NCBI GenBank assembly: GCA_947304585.1
Contig: CAMZBI010000006.1
Coordinates: 998-64,997, forward strand
From: an uncultured Clostridia bacterium
GTDB taxonomy: Bacteria; Bacillota; Clostridia; UBA1212
Direction of reading: 5' to 3'
DNA: 64,000 bases
Within the stretch, counting starts at the first letter, position 1; each line of letters begins with the position of its first letter. The position numbers and the translations under genes are program-made. Below, piece after piece: positions 63,335 to 64,000 of the stretch. The notes beneath the pieces are model-generated. The model saw only the letters and a list, made by a program, of their open reading frames with translations. It was not told the DNA's origin and ran no database searches.

Positions 63335-63985
63335 ATGATCGATATAAACGAACTGAAATTTAACGAAAAGGGTCTCATCCCCGCCGCCGTAGTCAACTAC
63401 GAGACGGGCAAGCTTCTTATGCTGGCCTATATGAACCGGGAGAGCCTGGAAAAGACATTGGACACGGGCCTTGCCTGCTTCTACAGCAGGTCACGCCAAA
63501 AGCTTTGGACCAAGGGCGAGGAGAGCGGAAACTTTATGCACGTGGTCAGGATGGTTGCCGACTGCGACAGGGACACCCTCAAGGTGGAAGTAAGACCCGA
63601 GGGCCCCGCCTGTCACCTTGGCACCGAGACATGCTTTGAATACCCCCTGTTCGAGAACCCGGAGGAGCCGGCGCCTTTTACCCTTGACGGTCTCATGGAG
63701 CTTATCCGGGACAGAAAAACAAACCCGAAAGAGGGCTCCTACACCTCATACCTCTTTGACAAGGGCATCGACAAGATACTGAAAAAGGTTGGCGAGGAAT
63801 CCACTGAGGTGATCATTGCCGGAAAGGGCGGCGACAAGGCGGAGACGGTCTACGAAATTGCGGACCTCTGTTACCACGTGATGGTGCTAATGTGCGAGGC
63901 CGGAATATCCATTGGCGATATCTACGGGGAACTGGCGGGGCGTCACGTCATCGACAAAAAAATCAAGCAGGAAAAGATGAAATAA
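63335..63985 (+). CDS. hisIE: Bifunctional PR-AMP cyclohydrolase / PR-ATP pyrophosphatase
   Basis: SRSR..LWTKGE, DCDRD, ACH...CF, SYT..KKVGEE, EIADL.YH. Confidence 0.96.
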   Translation: MIDINELKFNEKGLIPAAVVNYETGKLLMLAYMNRESLEKTLDTGLACFYSRSRQKLWTKGEESGNFMHVVRMVADCDRDTLKVEVRPEGPACHLGTETCFEYPLFENPEEPAPFTLDGLMELIRDRKTNPKEGSYTSYLFDKGIDKILKKVGEESTEVIIAGKGGDKAETVYEIADLCYHVMVLMCEAGISIGDIYGELAGRHVIDKKIKQEKMK

Positions 63986-64000
63986 GGGCCTGGAGGAACG

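Overview
64 kb of chromosomal DNA from a moderately GC-rich Firmicute, most likely an uncultured Clostridia-class organism (inferred from gene content, sigmaA-like promoters and RBSs). Mostly housekeeping: recD2-like helicase, prmA, ispE, an EF-G paralogue, fba, ylbF-like, mutS, queA, gltX, ybaK, thrC-hom, rpoB-rpoC, tRNA-His and hisZGDCBHAF(IE). No integrase, transposase, cas gene or CRISPR array is visible. Best leads: (1) a candidate type I toxin-antitoxin locus at 53.08-53.44 kb missed by the ORF track (37-aa membrane peptide, convergent ~85-nt sRNA, possible 5'/3' mRNA pairing); (2) an RNA polymerase diverged at normally conserved surfaces (rifampicin pocket H526N, beta flap tip, beta' clamp helices, bridge helix) with a very acidic beta' tail; (3) a modular GC-hairpin/heptamer repeat family at 38.9-39.3 kb that recurs around the TA locus; (4) an ABC importer + duplicated OB-fold-like lipoprotein + Na/Pi symporter cluster that may scavenge nucleic acid; (5) a nucleosidase-like / SPL-like radical SAM / SDR operon; (6) a LytTR regulatory system with visible direct repeats; (7) a MITE-like element with a 170-bp tandem duplication at the fba stop codon. 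All family calls come from motif recognition by eye; no searches were run.
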